Of a stretch of 64,000 nucleotides of DNA, positions 28,368 to 38,395 are shown piece after piece. A program made the translations under genes and the position numbers. Each line of letters opens with the position of its first letter. The stretch's first letter is position 1. The stretch comes from an uncultured Flavobacteriales bacterium (GTDB lineage Bacteria; Bacteroidota; Bacteroidia; Flavobacteriales_D; Crocinitomicaceae), in assembly GCA_937876195.1 (NCBI GenBank), contig CALEIK010000016.1:33358-97357 (forward strand), read 5' to 3'. The notes beneath the pieces are model-generated. The model was not told where the DNA came from, did no database searches, and worked only from the letters and a program-made list of their open reading frames with translations.

Positions 28368-29078
28368 TTATTGTTTCGTTAATTCTACCAAGTATTGTCC
28401 ATCATCTTCGTGCAGTAAATTTACGGAAAGTCCTACTTTTTTAGCAATGGAAGTTAAGTTCTCCAAGTCGACGTACAACCACTCAAACCATTCGGAAGTA
28501 TGCTCTTTGTAACTCATCTGAAACTTAAAATCGCCATAATATCCAGCATTCAAATCGACCCAATAACCACCTTCGTTGTCTTCGTAAAGGTACTTGATAT
28601 CTGAAGAATCGCAAAGAATTTTCCCACCCTCGCTCAATAACGATGTTGCTTTTAGCAAAGTTAGTTCCAAATTTGCCAAGCGTCCTGCTATACCCAATCC
28701 ATTCATGAGCATCAACAACGTGTCGTATGCTTCGTTCTCAAGATCGAAAAAGTTCAGTTGACGTGCTTTTATACCTTGATTCGTGAGATGCTCAACGGCT
28801 TTTGGACTAATATCAATGCATGAAACAGATTTATCCTGTGCGATAAGGTGTTTGGCGTGAATTCCAGCTCCAGCTCCAACGTCCAAGATATTTCCAGTGC
28901 ATTTTTGTAAAGCGATTTGCTCAATACGCGGCATTTCATCGTAGGATCGGAACAAATATTCAGATGGAATAACGTCGTCGTCGCAAATTTCGGAGCGCAC
29001 GATGATGTCTACATTTTTATTGGTGGTTGCGAAGTCAAGAATAGCTTGACCCATTGGGTCGTTGTTTGCAGCTGACAT
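28368..29078 (-). CDS. class I SAM-dependent methyltransferase
   Basis: 236 aa. Motif I ILDVGAGAGIH. Confidence 0.8.
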   Translation of the reverse strand: MSAANNDPMGQAILDFATTNKNVDIIVRSEICDDDVIPSEYLFRSYDEMPRIEQIALQKCTGNILDVGAGAGIHAKHLIAQDKSVSCIDISPKAVEHLTNQGIKARQLNFFDLENEAYDTLLMLMNGLGIAGRLANLELTLLKATSLLSEGGKILCDSSDIKYLYEDNEGGYWVDLNAGYYGDFKFQMSYKEHTSEWFEWLYVDLENLTSIAKKVGLSVNLLHEDDGQYLVELTKQ

Positions 29079-29080
29079 TG

Positions 29081-29614
29081 CTAGTAATCGTATTCGTCGT
29101 AATCGTCTTCAAATTCACCAAAACCAAATTCATCTTCGTCATCGTCATTTTCAGCTTCAGTTTCAAACTGCAAATCCTCATTTTCAATAGGCTTTGAATC
29201 TTCAGCCGGTGCATTTCCCACAGATAGTACTGTTTTAGGATATTCTGGTGTTTCTTCGGTTTGCTCGATCAGTTCAATGAGGAAAATCCACATGCGCAAG
29301 AAATCGTGTACCAAAATAATCTTCTGATCTGGCTCTATCATGTAGCTCGCAAGAACGGATTCGCTCATGACTCCAGGTAAGATTTGTTCGCTGTCCTCTC
29401 CAAACGACATGTCGAATAGGCTGATTTCAAATCCTTTGTCCCATTGATCGTTTGAAATATAGAAAGATGCCATTTGATCGGATGTAAACCCGTAAGCATC
29501 AAGAATTGCTCTGTAAAACGCTTCAAAATTTGAGGTGTCACTGATCAGGACATCTCTGAAAACTTCATTCCTGTCCTTTGAATCCAATAAAACCCTGAAT
29601 TTCAATCCTGCCAT
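29081..29614 (-). CDS. hypothetical protein, MM3350-like (pRiA4b ORF-3 type) domain with acidic tail
   Basis: 177 aa. N-terminal beta-grasp-like region (LKFRVLLDS...FRDVLI...FEAFYRAILDAYGF). C-terminus is rich in D/E. Family assignment is tentative. Confidence 0.5.
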   Translation of the reverse strand: MAGLKFRVLLDSKDRNEVFRDVLISDTSNFEAFYRAILDAYGFTSDQMASFYISNDQWDKGFEISLFDMSFGEDSEQILPGVMSESVLASYMIEPDQKIILVHDFLRMWIFLIELIEQTEETPEYPKTVLSVGNAPAEDSKPIENEDLQFETEAENDDDEDEFGFGEFEDDYDEYDY

Positions 29615-29651
29615 CTGTTCTACTAATTAACTATGTGTACACGTACGAAAA

Positions 29652-31073
29652 TTACTGTTGTTTTGTTTCAAGTCCCATCTCAACGCCCAATTTTAACATG
29701 TACGCAAATGCTTCCTGTTCCTCATTCTCAATTTCACCTTCCAAGATCGCTTCTTTGATCCTCGCCTTAATGTCGCCGACTTCTTGTGATGGACCAATTC
29801 CAAACGTGTCCATGATCATCTGTCCAGAAACTGGAGGTTGAAAATTTCGTACTCGGTCTTTTTCTTCGACGCTGAGCAATTTTTGCTTCACTAGATCAAA
29901 GTTTTCCTTGTATTTTTTGACTTTATATTCGTTTTTCGAGGTGATATCTGCATTACACAACAACATCAAATCGTCAATATCATCTTCTGCTTCAGATAAC
30001 AATCTTCGCACGGCAGAATCAGTCACAAATCCTTTTACCAACGCAATAGGGCGGAGGTGAAGTCGAACCAATTTCTCCACGTACTTCATCTTCGCATCCA
30101 ACGGAAGTTTCAACCGTTTAAAAATCTTTGGAACCATGCGCGCTCCAAGGTCTTCGTGACCGTGAAATGTCCATCCTACGCGGTCGTCAAAGCGTTTTGT
30201 TGGTGGTTTGGCGATATCGTGCATAATTGCTGCCCAACGCAACCAAAGATTGTCAGTTGTTTCACAAATATTGTCGAGTACTTCGAGTGTATGGTAGAAG
30301 TTATCCTTGTGCGATTTACCGTGGATGGTTTCAACGCCATACAGTGCGACCATTTCTGGAAAGAATTGATGCAACAAATGCGTTGTGAACAGTAAATCGA
30401 ATCCCCGCGAAGGTTTTGGGCAAAGAATGATTTTATTCAATTCATCGGTAATGCGCTCGTTCGAAATGATGGATAAACGTTCCGCATTTTTAGTGATGGA
30501 CACCAAACTTTTATGTTCGATTTTAAAGTCCAGCTGCGTCGCAAAACGAATTGCACGCATCATGCGCAATGGATCGTCTGAGTATGTTTGATCTGGATCG
30601 AGCGGTGTTCGCAAGATTTGATCTTCGAGGTCTTTTAATCCTCCGAATGGATCAATTAAATCGCCGAAATTATCTTTGTGTAAACTCAGCGCCAGTGCAT
30701 TGATTGTGAAATCACGTCTGTTTTGATCGTCTTTCAATGAACCGTTTTCGACAATCGGCTTGCGCGAATCGCTGCGGTAAGATTCCTTTCGAGCACCTAC
30801 AAATTCGACTTCCAAATCTTTATAGATAAACTGCGCCGTCCCAAAATTCTCAAAAAGCGAGACCTTTTTGACGCGCAATTTTTCAGCGCATGCTTTGGCT
30901 AAATCCAAACCACTTCCTATCACCACAATGTCTATGTCCTTTGAAGGTCGCTCAAGAAGTAAATCACGCACGTAACCGCCAATCACATAAGCTTCTAAAC
31001 CTTGTTCGGTAACGATTTCGGATGCCACCTTAAAGACGGGGTGCGTGAGATGTTGACTTAAATTAACTGCCAT
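29652..31073 (-). CDS. cca: CCA-adding tRNA nucleotidyltransferase with HD domain
   Basis: 473 aa. PolyA-pol head GGYVRDLLL...DIDIV, RDFTINAL, and a C-terminal HD region (HDIAKP). Confidence 0.88.
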   Translation of the reverse strand: MAVNLSQHLTHPVFKVASEIVTEQGLEAYVIGGYVRDLLLERPSKDIDIVVIGSGLDLAKACAEKLRVKKVSLFENFGTAQFIYKDLEVEFVGARKESYRSDSRKPIVENGSLKDDQNRRDFTINALALSLHKDNFGDLIDPFGGLKDLEDQILRTPLDPDQTYSDDPLRMMRAIRFATQLDFKIEHKSLVSITKNAERLSIISNERITDELNKIILCPKPSRGFDLLFTTHLLHQFFPEMVALYGVETIHGKSHKDNFYHTLEVLDNICETTDNLWLRWAAIMHDIAKPPTKRFDDRVGWTFHGHEDLGARMVPKIFKRLKLPLDAKMKYVEKLVRLHLRPIALVKGFVTDSAVRRLLSEAEDDIDDLMLLCNADITSKNEYKVKKYKENFDLVKQKLLSVEEKDRVRNFQPPVSGQMIMDTFGIGPSQEVGDIKARIKEAILEGEIENEEQEAFAYMLKLGVEMGLETKQQ

Positions 31074-31085
31074 AGCGGGTGCAAA

Positions 31086-31457
31086 GATATCTTTTTTAGA
31101 TATAAAGACCGCTTCGCTTAAAGATAAAAGACGTTAAGACTTAATTCTATGAAAAATTAAGTCTTCTAACGATGAAGGAGGGATCTTGAATCTTGCCGTT
31201 TACAGTCTAAATGATATCTTTTTTAGATAAAAGACTGTAGAACTGCTCTACCGTTTGTTTTTCGAATGCTTATTCGCATTCTCTTGCTTAAAGATAAAAG
31301 ACGTTAAGACTTAATTCTTTGTACAATTAAGTCTTTTAGCGACGAAGGAGCGATCTTGAATCTTGCTGTCTAACGTCTAAATGAGATCTCTTTTTAGATA
31401 AAAGACCGCCTCGCTGAAAGATAAATGACGTTAAGAGTTAATTCTGTCTAGAATTAC
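31086..31457. repeat. three tandem copies (127, 170, ~75 bp) of an intergenic repeat, each with a TTAAGAC-based hairpin
   Basis: Copies start at 31086, 31213 and 31383. Perfect 11-bp hairpins aagacttaatt/aattaagtctt at 31136-31165 and 31306-31335. Copy 2 carries a ~43-bp insertion. Copy 3 runs into the tsaC stop codon. Confidence 0.9.
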
Positions 31458-32002
31458 TTGCGAATGATCTTGACATCCCCTGAAACGCCAATCTGAATAA
31501 TTTGAGATGGGGTCGTCATTTTCTCATTCAAACGCTCTTTTACAATAAAATCAACATTTGATTTAATTTTGGCGTCCACGGATTCAAAATTTATGGGAGA
31601 TGGTTGACCAGAAAGGTTGGCAGATGTACTGACCAATGGTTTTCTCAGTCCACGAATCAATTGTAAACAGATGGGATCGTCAGTGATACGAATTCCCACC
31701 GAACCGTCCGCAGCCAATACAGAAGGCGCAAGTCCCGTTGCATTGGGATAAATGATCGTCAATGGTCGTGTCGCAAGATCTGCTAGATCATAGCAGATTT
31801 CATGAAATTCAGGAATGTAACGTTGAAGCATTGGAAATCCATCGACCAAAAGAATAAAACTTTTCGTGTCAGGGCGATTTTTGATATCAAGAATCTTTTG
31901 ACAGGCTTCTTCATTGGTCGCATCGCAGCCAATTCCCCAAATCGTATCCGTAGGGTAGAGGACTGTCGCTCCTTTCTTTAATCCTTCGATGATGTCTTTC
32001 AT
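31454..32002 (-). CDS. tsaC: L-threonylcarbamoyladenylate synthase (YrdC/TsaC type)
   Basis: 182 aa. [17 protein letters not shown] and SANLSG motifs of the YrdC domain. Confidence 0.88.
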   Translation of the reverse strand: MKDIIEGLKKGATVLYPTDTIWGIGCDATNEEACQKILDIKNRPDTKSFILLVDGFPMLQRYIPEFHEICYDLADLATRPLTIIYPNATGLAPSVLAADGSVGIRITDDPICLQLIRGLRKPLVSTSANLSGQPSPINFESVDAKIKSNVDFIVKERLNEKMTTPSQIIQIGVSGDVKIIRK

Positions 32003-32679
32003 TCTCCTTCCAATAAATCAGGACGACGTTCTTTTGTCCGCGCTAACGCTTGGTCTTCGCGCCATTTTTCAATTTTGCCAAAATCGCCAGACAACAATAC
32101 TTCTGGGACTTTCCATCCATTGAAATCTTCTGGTCGCGTGTACACCGGTGGCGATAACAACCCATCTTGAAAACTGTCTGTCAACGCAGAAGTTTCATCG
32201 TTTAATACACCTGGAATCAAGCGAACAATACTATCCACAAGCACTGCTGCGCCTAATTCTCCTCCTGATAAAACGTAGGATCCAATCGAAATTTCTTTGG
32301 TAATGTAATGTTCACGAATGCGCTCATCCACGCCTTTGTAGTGACCGCAAAGGATCATAATGTTGGTGCGCAAACTTAAATCATTGCAAATCGATTGCTC
32401 CAACAATTCCCCGTCAGGTGTCATGTAGATGATTTCGTCGTAGTCACGTTCCGATTTTAGTTTTTCAATCAATAGCGCGATGGGCTCAATCGACATGACC
32501 ATTCCAGCACCACCGCCGTATTGGTAATCGTCGACTTTGTTGTGTTTGTCCGTCGAGTAATCCCGAATGTTGTGCAATACCAGTTCAAGGTGCCCTTTTG
32601 TTTGGGCTCGTTTCATGATGGAATCCGAAAAAGGACTCACCAATAAATCTGGTAAGATGGTAAGAATGTCAATTCGCAT
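31999..32679 (-). CDS. trmD: tRNA (guanine37-N1)-methyltransferase
   Basis: 226 aa. [10 protein letters not shown]..., [24 protein letters not shown]. 4-nt overlap with tsaC. Confidence 0.95.
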   Translation of the reverse strand: MRIDILTILPDLLVSPFSDSIMKRAQTKGHLELVLHNIRDYSTDKHNKVDDYQYGGGAGMVMSIEPIALLIEKLKSERDYDEIIYMTPDGELLEQSICNDLSLRTNIMILCGHYKGVDERIREHYITKEISIGSYVLSGGELGAAVLVDSIVRLIPGVLNDETSALTDSFQDGLLSPPVYTRPEDFNGWKVPEVLLSGDFGKIEKWREDQALARTKERRPDLLEGE

Positions 32680-32721
32680 AGCGCAAAATTAAGTATTTTA
32701 GCCAAGTAGTAAATCAAAGAA

Positions 32722-34434
32722 ATGAAGCAAACCTTATTCTGTCTGTTATTTGCACTTCCTGTTGCACTTTTTGGACAATTCCGTGGGAATACCACACCAG
32801 ATTACGATGAATTAATCAGCGTGTACAAAACGTTGGCGAGCAAGCACAAAGAAATTGAATTGTACGCTATGGGCGATTCAGATGCTGGGTTGCCGATCTA
32901 TTTGTGCGTTCTCAATGGCGCTGGTGACTCGATTCAAACGTTTGAAAAAGCACAAAATTCTACAACGATTTTAATCAATAACGCCATTCACCCAGGGGAA
33001 CCAGATGGTGTCAATGCATGTCTGAATGGAGTTTTTGAATGGATCAAGCGTGGAAAGGTAACAAGGGGAATGCCAGTTATTGGAATCATTCCTGCTTATA
33101 ATGTGGGTGGAATGCTGAACCGATCTGGAACAAGTCGCGCCAACCAAGATGGTCCCGAAGAATATGGATTTCGAGGAAATGCACAGAACCTAGATTTGAA
33201 CAGAGATTTTGTCAAAATGGATTCAAAAAACATGTTCACGTTTGCCAAGATTTTCCATGGATTGGATCCAGACGTCTTTTTAGATACACACGTTTCGAAC
33301 GGAGCAGATTATCAATATACCATGACCTACATTGCTTCAATGCGAGAACGAATGGCACCACCGCTGGCTAATTTGGTGTACGGTGAGATGATTCCACATC
33401 TAGAGAAAAAATCGAAGGAATCGGGTTATCCGTTAATTCCTTACGTTGAAACAAAAGGCGAGACACCTGAAAGTGGAATCACTGTATTTAATGATTTACC
33501 GCGTTATGCCATGGGGTACGCTTCCATGATGAATTCGATCAGTTTTACTTTGGAAACGCACATGTTGAAACCATTTCCGAAACGTGTCAAGGCAACTGAA
33601 ATATTCATCAAAGAAGCCATTTTGTGGACAGCAGTGAATGCAGAAGCCATTGAGAAAGCGCGAACCGAAGCACGCGATTGGGAAAAATCACTTGAAAAGT
33701 TCATGTATAACTTTCAGTTGGCAGACAAAAAAGATTCGATCTTATTCAAGGGATATGAGTTTTCAAAACCAATCAGCGAATTGACAGGAACGGAGCGACT
33801 CAAGTATCATCAAGATAAACCTTACGAAAAATACATTCCTTGGTACCGAACGTACGTCCCAAAAGATACTTCGCACATTCCCGATTTTTATGTGATCGGT
33901 GGACAGTGCACCAAGGTTCTTGAGCGATTACGATCCAATAATTTTGAATTGATTGAACTGAAAAACGATACAACGATGCAGCTTGGAAAGCGCAGAATTC
34001 AATTTTACGAAACGACGAAATCGCCTTACGAGGGACATTACTTGCATTCAGCGATTGCTTCTGAACTTGAGTTGGCGGCAATGAATTTCAGAAAGGGTGA
34101 TGTGATTGTGCCAACCTCGCAGAAGAATAAACGATTTTTGGTTTCTCTCCTCGAAGCAAATGCGCCAGACAGTTATTTCGCGTGGAACTTTTTTGATAGT
34201 TATTTACAGCAGAAGGAATACTTTTCTCCCTATGTTTTTGAAGACAAAGCACTGGAGATTGTTGAGAAGAACCCAGCACTTCAAGTCGCGTTGGACACCA
34301 TGAAAGAAACAGACCAAGAATTTAGAGAATCCTCGTGGCGACAATTGTATTACATCTACACACAAAGTGATTATTACGAGCCAACGCACAATATTTTGCC
34401 TGTATTCGAGGGAATGTATAGACAAGGTGAATAA
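32722..34434 (+). CDS. M14 family zinc carboxypeptidase, secreted
   Basis: 570 aa. Signal peptide. HPGEPDG (HxxE zinc ligands) and a downstream LDTH histidine. Confidence 0.8.
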   Translation: MKQTLFCLLFALPVALFGQFRGNTTPDYDELISVYKTLASKHKEIELYAMGDSDAGLPIYLCVLNGAGDSIQTFEKAQNSTTILINNAIHPGEPDGVNACLNGVFEWIKRGKVTRGMPVIGIIPAYNVGGMLNRSGTSRANQDGPEEYGFRGNAQNLDLNRDFVKMDSKNMFTFAKIFHGLDPDVFLDTHVSNGADYQYTMTYIASMRERMAPPLANLVYGEMIPHLEKKSKESGYPLIPYVETKGETPESGITVFNDLPRYAMGYASMMNSISFTLETHMLKPFPKRVKATEIFIKEAILWTAVNAEAIEKARTEARDWEKSLEKFMYNFQLADKKDSILFKGYEFSKPISELTGTERLKYHQDKPYEKYIPWYRTYVPKDTSHIPDFYVIGGQCTKVLERLRSNNFELIELKNDTTMQLGKRRIQFYETTKSPYEGHYLHSAIASELELAAMNFRKGDVIVPTSQKNKRFLVSLLEANAPDSYFAWNFFDSYLQQKEYFSPYVFEDKALEIVEKNPALQVALDTMKETDQEFRESSWRQLYYIYTQSDYYEPTHNILPVFEGMYRQGE

Positions 34435-34470
34435 TTGATTTGGAATCCTTCCATTATCTGTGGGTTTGAT

Positions 34471-34478
34471 TAATTTTG
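34471..34478 (+). promoter_or_regulatory. Bacteroidota-type -7 box (TAnnTTTG) upstream of lhgO
   Basis: TAATTTTG lies 20 nt upstream of the ATG at 34498. Confidence 0.4.
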
Positions 34479-34497
34479 CACTGTAAAAAACACCATT

Positions 34498-35706
34498 ATG
34501 AAGTTTGATATTGCCATTATCGGAGGAGGAATTGTTGGAGCAGCAACCCTGTATAAATTGCAATCGAAGTACCCAGCGTTGAAGATTGCGTTGATTGAAA
34601 AAGAAGATATTCTGGCAGATCATCAAACGGGACATAACTCAGGTGTGATTCACTCTGGCTTGTACTACAAACCAGGATCACTAAAAGCAAAAAATTGCAT
34701 CGAAGGACGCCATGAATTGGTAGCTTTTGCCAAAGAGCACGGAATTGCACATGACGTTTGCGGGAAGATTGTTGTCGCTACGGATGAATCTGAGCTTCCG
34801 AATATGGAGAAGATTTACCAAACAGGTTTAGAGAATAAAATTGAAGGCTTACAAAAACTAACGGGCGATGAATTAAAAATTCATGAACCGCATGTTGAAG
34901 GAATCGCAGGATTGTTAGTTCCATGTACAGGTATTATCGATTTTCGCGCTGCGACTGCAAAAATGGTTGAATTGGCACTTGCAATTCAGTCCGAAAGCCG
35001 CTTATTTTTGAGCGAAGAAGTCCTTGATATTAAAAAAGAAGATGGTTTTTCGACCTTAGTGACATCCAAACAATCCATCCAGGCAAACTACTTGGTATTC
35101 TGCGCAGGTCTACAAGCAGATAGATTAGCGAAAAAGGACGGTGTAAAATTGAAGGAGAAAGTCGTTGGATTCAGAGGTGATTATTACGAACTGACAGAAC
35201 AAGGAAAACACAAGGTGAAGAACTTGATTTACCCTGTTCCAAATCCAGATTTCCCCTTTTTAGGTGTCCACTTTACGCGCATGACGGATGGAGAAATTGA
35301 ATGTGGACCGAATGCTGTCTTTACGTTCAAGCGAGAAGGATACGGTAAAACAGATTTTTCATGGAGAGATGCTTGGGACGCATTGACGTATCAAGGAACA
35401 TGGAAACTGTTTTTCAAAAATATGAGCTTTGGAATCAACGAATACCGCAGAGCATTTTCAAAGAAATTGTTTTTAAAAACGCTTCAACGCATGATTCCAT
35501 CACTGACCATGGATGATTTAAAACCAGGAAGATCAGGCGTTAGAGCTTTATTGTTACGCCAGGATGGCGATACCCGTGATGATTTCAGAATTGAATACCA
35601 TGGAAATTCGATTCACGTGTTGAACGCTCCATCACCAGCTGCTACGGCTTCGTTGGCAATTGGTGGGTATATTGTGGCAAAAGCGGAAGAGCAATTTGGG
35701 TTGTAA
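34498..35706 (+). CDS. lhgO: L-2-hydroxyglutarate oxidase (FAD-dependent)
   Basis: 402 aa. FAD fold DIAIIGGGIVG. SGVIHSGLYYKPGSLKA is typical of LhgO. Confidence 0.88.
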   Translation: MKFDIAIIGGGIVGAATLYKLQSKYPALKIALIEKEDILADHQTGHNSGVIHSGLYYKPGSLKAKNCIEGRHELVAFAKEHGIAHDVCGKIVVATDESELPNMEKIYQTGLENKIEGLQKLTGDELKIHEPHVEGIAGLLVPCTGIIDFRAATAKMVELALAIQSESRLFLSEEVLDIKKEDGFSTLVTSKQSIQANYLVFCAGLQADRLAKKDGVKLKEKVVGFRGDYYELTEQGKHKVKNLIYPVPNPDFPFLGVHFTRMTDGEIECGPNAVFTFKREGYGKTDFSWRDAWDALTYQGTWKLFFKNMSFGINEYRRAFSKKLFLKTLQRMIPSLTMDDLKPGRSGVRALLLRQDGDTRDDFRIEYHGNSIHVLNAPSPAATASLAIGGYIVAKAEEQFGL

Positions 35707-35726
35707 GAAGTTAGGGCTTTAATGCT

Positions 35727-35878
35727 GTCCTCCCCCTGCGCCCCCTCCAAAGGGGGAAAACACAGAGAAACTATTTTATCTTTAACTTGTTAGTTAAGTA
35801 GTATTGAAAAGGCCGAATATTTATTCAGACGGAGTGAAATTGAGAGTTCCCCCTTTGGAGGGGGCGCAGGGGGAGGAC
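35727..35878. repeat. perfect 31-bp GC-rich inverted repeat flanking a 90-bp AT-rich core (MITE/REP-like element or giant terminator hairpin)
   Basis: 35727-35757 gtcctccccctgcgccccctccaaaggggga is the exact reverse complement of 35848-35878. Each arm also folds on itself (ccccc-tccaaa-ggggg). The right arm is followed by TTTTT. Confidence 0.95.
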
Positions 35879-35901
35879 TTTTTGTGATATCCCCTAGTCC
35901 T

Positions 35902-36930
35902 CTAAACTCGTCCCCTCTCCGAAAGCAAAATTGCAATTCCACGCGTGTTTGGAAACTGCGAGAATATAATTATCATTGCAACCGTGATAGGAACACATAA
36001 AAGCATTCCGATGATTCCCCAAATACTTCCCCAAAGTGCCAATGATAGAATAGCGACCAATGGACTTATATTGAGTGTGTTTCCCATAAGTTTTGGTTCA
36101 ACGAGACTTCCTACAAGGGTTGCGACACCACCCACACCAATGAAGATGATAAGTGCAGGTAAGAATTCACCGAACTGGATCAATGAGAAGAGTGCTGGTA
36201 GAATTGTTCCTAAGATAGGACCGATGGAAGGGATAAAATTGAACATGAATATCAGGAAAGCCCAGAACAGCGGTGAATCAATTCCAATCGCGAGGAGTAT
36301 AAAATAGCTGAGCGTTGTTGTCAATAAACTAATTAAAGTCTTCAAACTAATATAACTCGACAATGATTTATCAATCCGTGTTAGAATGTTGCTTACATTT
36401 TCCAATTGGGTATTTGAAGCGAAAATGAGTTTGATTTTGTGACGAAATAAGGTTTCTTCCACAAAGAGAAACACGACGTAAAAAACGATCATAACCATGT
36501 CACCTAGAATGTCTGAGATCGAATTGAACAAATACTGCAGGTACGTGGAAAAGTCAAATTCTTGAACGAAAGTCACCAATTTGTCGTTTAAATTGATGTG
36601 GAAAATTTCATTGATTTTCAGCGACAGAATTTCAACATTGGACGCGTATTCGGCGTAAGAAAGTGCTAACGACTCGATGTTCTTGGTAAGCATTTGACCG
36701 ATAAATACGATAATCCCAATAATTACAATTGAAGCCACACTTGTTTTAATCCAAGCGGGAATATATTTTTTAAGAACTGCTGAGTGATCAAATAGATCGC
36801 GCGTCTTTTTTACAACAAACCAAACCAGTAGTGCTATAACGAATGGAATAATAATCGATTGCGCATAGATCAATACAAAAAACAAGATAGTGGCAATGAT
36901 CATCCACGCTGCTGCTGTGTATACTTTCAT
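35902..36930 (-). CDS. AI-2E family transporter (PerM-like permease)
   Basis: 342 aa with ~8 TM helices. Conserved C-terminal region FIPSIGPILG...GSLVEPKLMG. Confidence 0.85.
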   Translation of the reverse strand: MKVYTAAAWMIIATILFFVLIYAQSIIIPFVIALLVWFVVKKTRDLFDHSAVLKKYIPAWIKTSVASIVIIGIIVFIGQMLTKNIESLALSYAEYASNVEILSLKINEIFHINLNDKLVTFVQEFDFSTYLQYLFNSISDILGDMVMIVFYVVFLFVEETLFRHKIKLIFASNTQLENVSNILTRIDKSLSSYISLKTLISLLTTTLSYFILLAIGIDSPLFWAFLIFMFNFIPSIGPILGTILPALFSLIQFGEFLPALIIFIGVGGVATLVGSLVEPKLMGNTLNISPLVAILSLALWGSIWGIIGMLLCVPITVAMIIIFSQFPNTRGIAILLSERGRV

Positions 36931-37093
36931 GCTGATAAAAATAGGGAATGTTTAGACCATGAGAATGAAAACAATATGATTTTTTTATGAACGCCGTTAA
37001 TTTTGAACCAATTGGATGCATCTTTTGACATAAAATTTGTCGAACGAAGCATATTTTAGCAGACTTATTATCTTTACCCAAAATACAAATACC

Positions 37094-38266
37094 ATGAGCA
37101 AAATTTTAGTGATCGATGACGAGAGAGCAATTCGACGCGCATTGCGTGAAATTCTTGAATTTGAAGAGTTTGAAGTAGATGAAGCTGAAAATGGCAAAGA
37201 AGGATACGACAAAGCGAAGTCAGGTACTTACGATATTATATTTTGCGACATTAAAATGCCAGAAATGGATGGGATGGAAGTCCTCGATGCCATTCTAGCA
37301 GATAAAATAGATACGCCAGTGATTATGATTAGCGGTCACGGAAACATAGACACGGCTGTTCAAGCCATTAAGAAGGGTGCATTTGATTTCATTGAAAAAC
37401 CTTTGGATTTGAACCGAATTTTGGTAACGATTCGCAACGCGAAGGATAAAACTGTGTTGATTGAAGAGAAGGAAGTTCTAAAGAAAACAGTGAAGAAATT
37501 CAAAGGGTCTTCTATCATCGGTGAAACGAATGGAATTATTAAGATCAAGGAGATGATTGAGAAAGTCGCTCCGTCTGATGCTCGTGTGTTGATCACCGGG
37601 GAGAATGGAACGGGAAAGGAACTGGTTGCTCAATCACTGCACGACAATAGTGAGCGAAGAAACATGCCATTTATTGAGGTTAACTGTGCTGCTATCCCTT
37701 CAGAATTGATTGAAAGTGAATTGTTTGGGCACGAAAAAGGCGCCTTTACTTCAGCGATTAAGCAAAAGAAGGGGAAGTTTGAATTGGCAACGGGTGGTAC
37801 ACTGTTTTTGGATGAAATCGGTGACATGTCAGCCAGTGCACAGGCGAAAGTATTGAGAGCATTGCAAGAAAACGTCATTCAACGTGTAGGCGGTGAGAAG
37901 GACATCAAAGTAGATGCTCGAATTGTCGCGGCAACGAACAAAGATCTGCGCAAAGAAATCGAGGCGGGTACTTTTAGAGAGGATTTGTACCATCGATTAG
38001 CAGTGATTTTAATTCACGTTCCTAAATTGGATGATCGTAGGGATGATATTCCATTGTTGGCAGATCATTTTATGACGATGGTTTGTGCGGAGCATGGGAT
38101 TGCTCGAAAATCATTCGATCCCAAAGCCTTGGATGAATTGCAAAAAACAAATTGGACAGGAAACATTCGCGAATTGCGCAATATCATTGAACGTCTAATT
38201 ATACTCGGAGGTGATGTCATCAGTAGTGATGAGGTGAAAATGTATGCCAATCCAGGAGTAAGATAG
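37094..38266 (+). CDS. sigma-54-dependent response regulator (REC + AAA+), lacking a C-terminal HTH DNA-binding domain
   Basis: I chose the ATG at 37094 (MSKILVIDDE). REC domain with acceptor Asp in IIFCDIKMPEMDG. Walker A GENGTGKE, Walker B LFLDEIGD, sigma-54 contact loop GAFTSA. The protein ends 25 aa after NIRELRN. Confidence 0.88.
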   Translation: MSKILVIDDERAIRRALREILEFEEFEVDEAENGKEGYDKAKSGTYDIIFCDIKMPEMDGMEVLDAILADKIDTPVIMISGHGNIDTAVQAIKKGAFDFIEKPLDLNRILVTIRNAKDKTVLIEEKEVLKKTVKKFKGSSIIGETNGIIKIKEMIEKVAPSDARVLITGENGTGKELVAQSLHDNSERRNMPFIEVNCAAIPSELIESELFGHEKGAFTSAIKQKKGKFELATGGTLFLDEIGDMSASAQAKVLRALQENVIQRVGGEKDIKVDARIVAATNKDLRKEIEAGTFREDLYHRLAVILIHVPKLDDRRDDIPLLADHFMTMVCAEHGIARKSFDPKALDELQKTNWTGNIRELRNIIERLIILGGDVISSDEVKMYANPGVR

Positions 38267-38395
38267 GTGCTGAATTACTTTTCAGAACTTAGGTGGGAGG
38301 ATGATTTAGATCAATAATTGAGCAATAAATTTTCAACCACCGTTTTTCGTTTCTTTCTTTTTACTAACTTAGGGCAAACTAAAAACAAAATAAGT

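Noticed and set aside
29081-29614. MM3350-like ('IS1096 passenger TnpR'-type) protein as evidence for an insertion sequence
   Set aside because: There is no transposase and no terminal inverted repeats. The gene is tightly packed between a methyltransferase gene and cca.
31086-31457. CRISPR array (also considered for 25734-25956)
   Set aside because: The units are 95-170 bp, contiguous and homologous along their whole length, with no short repeat / unique spacer alternation. There are no cas genes in the window.
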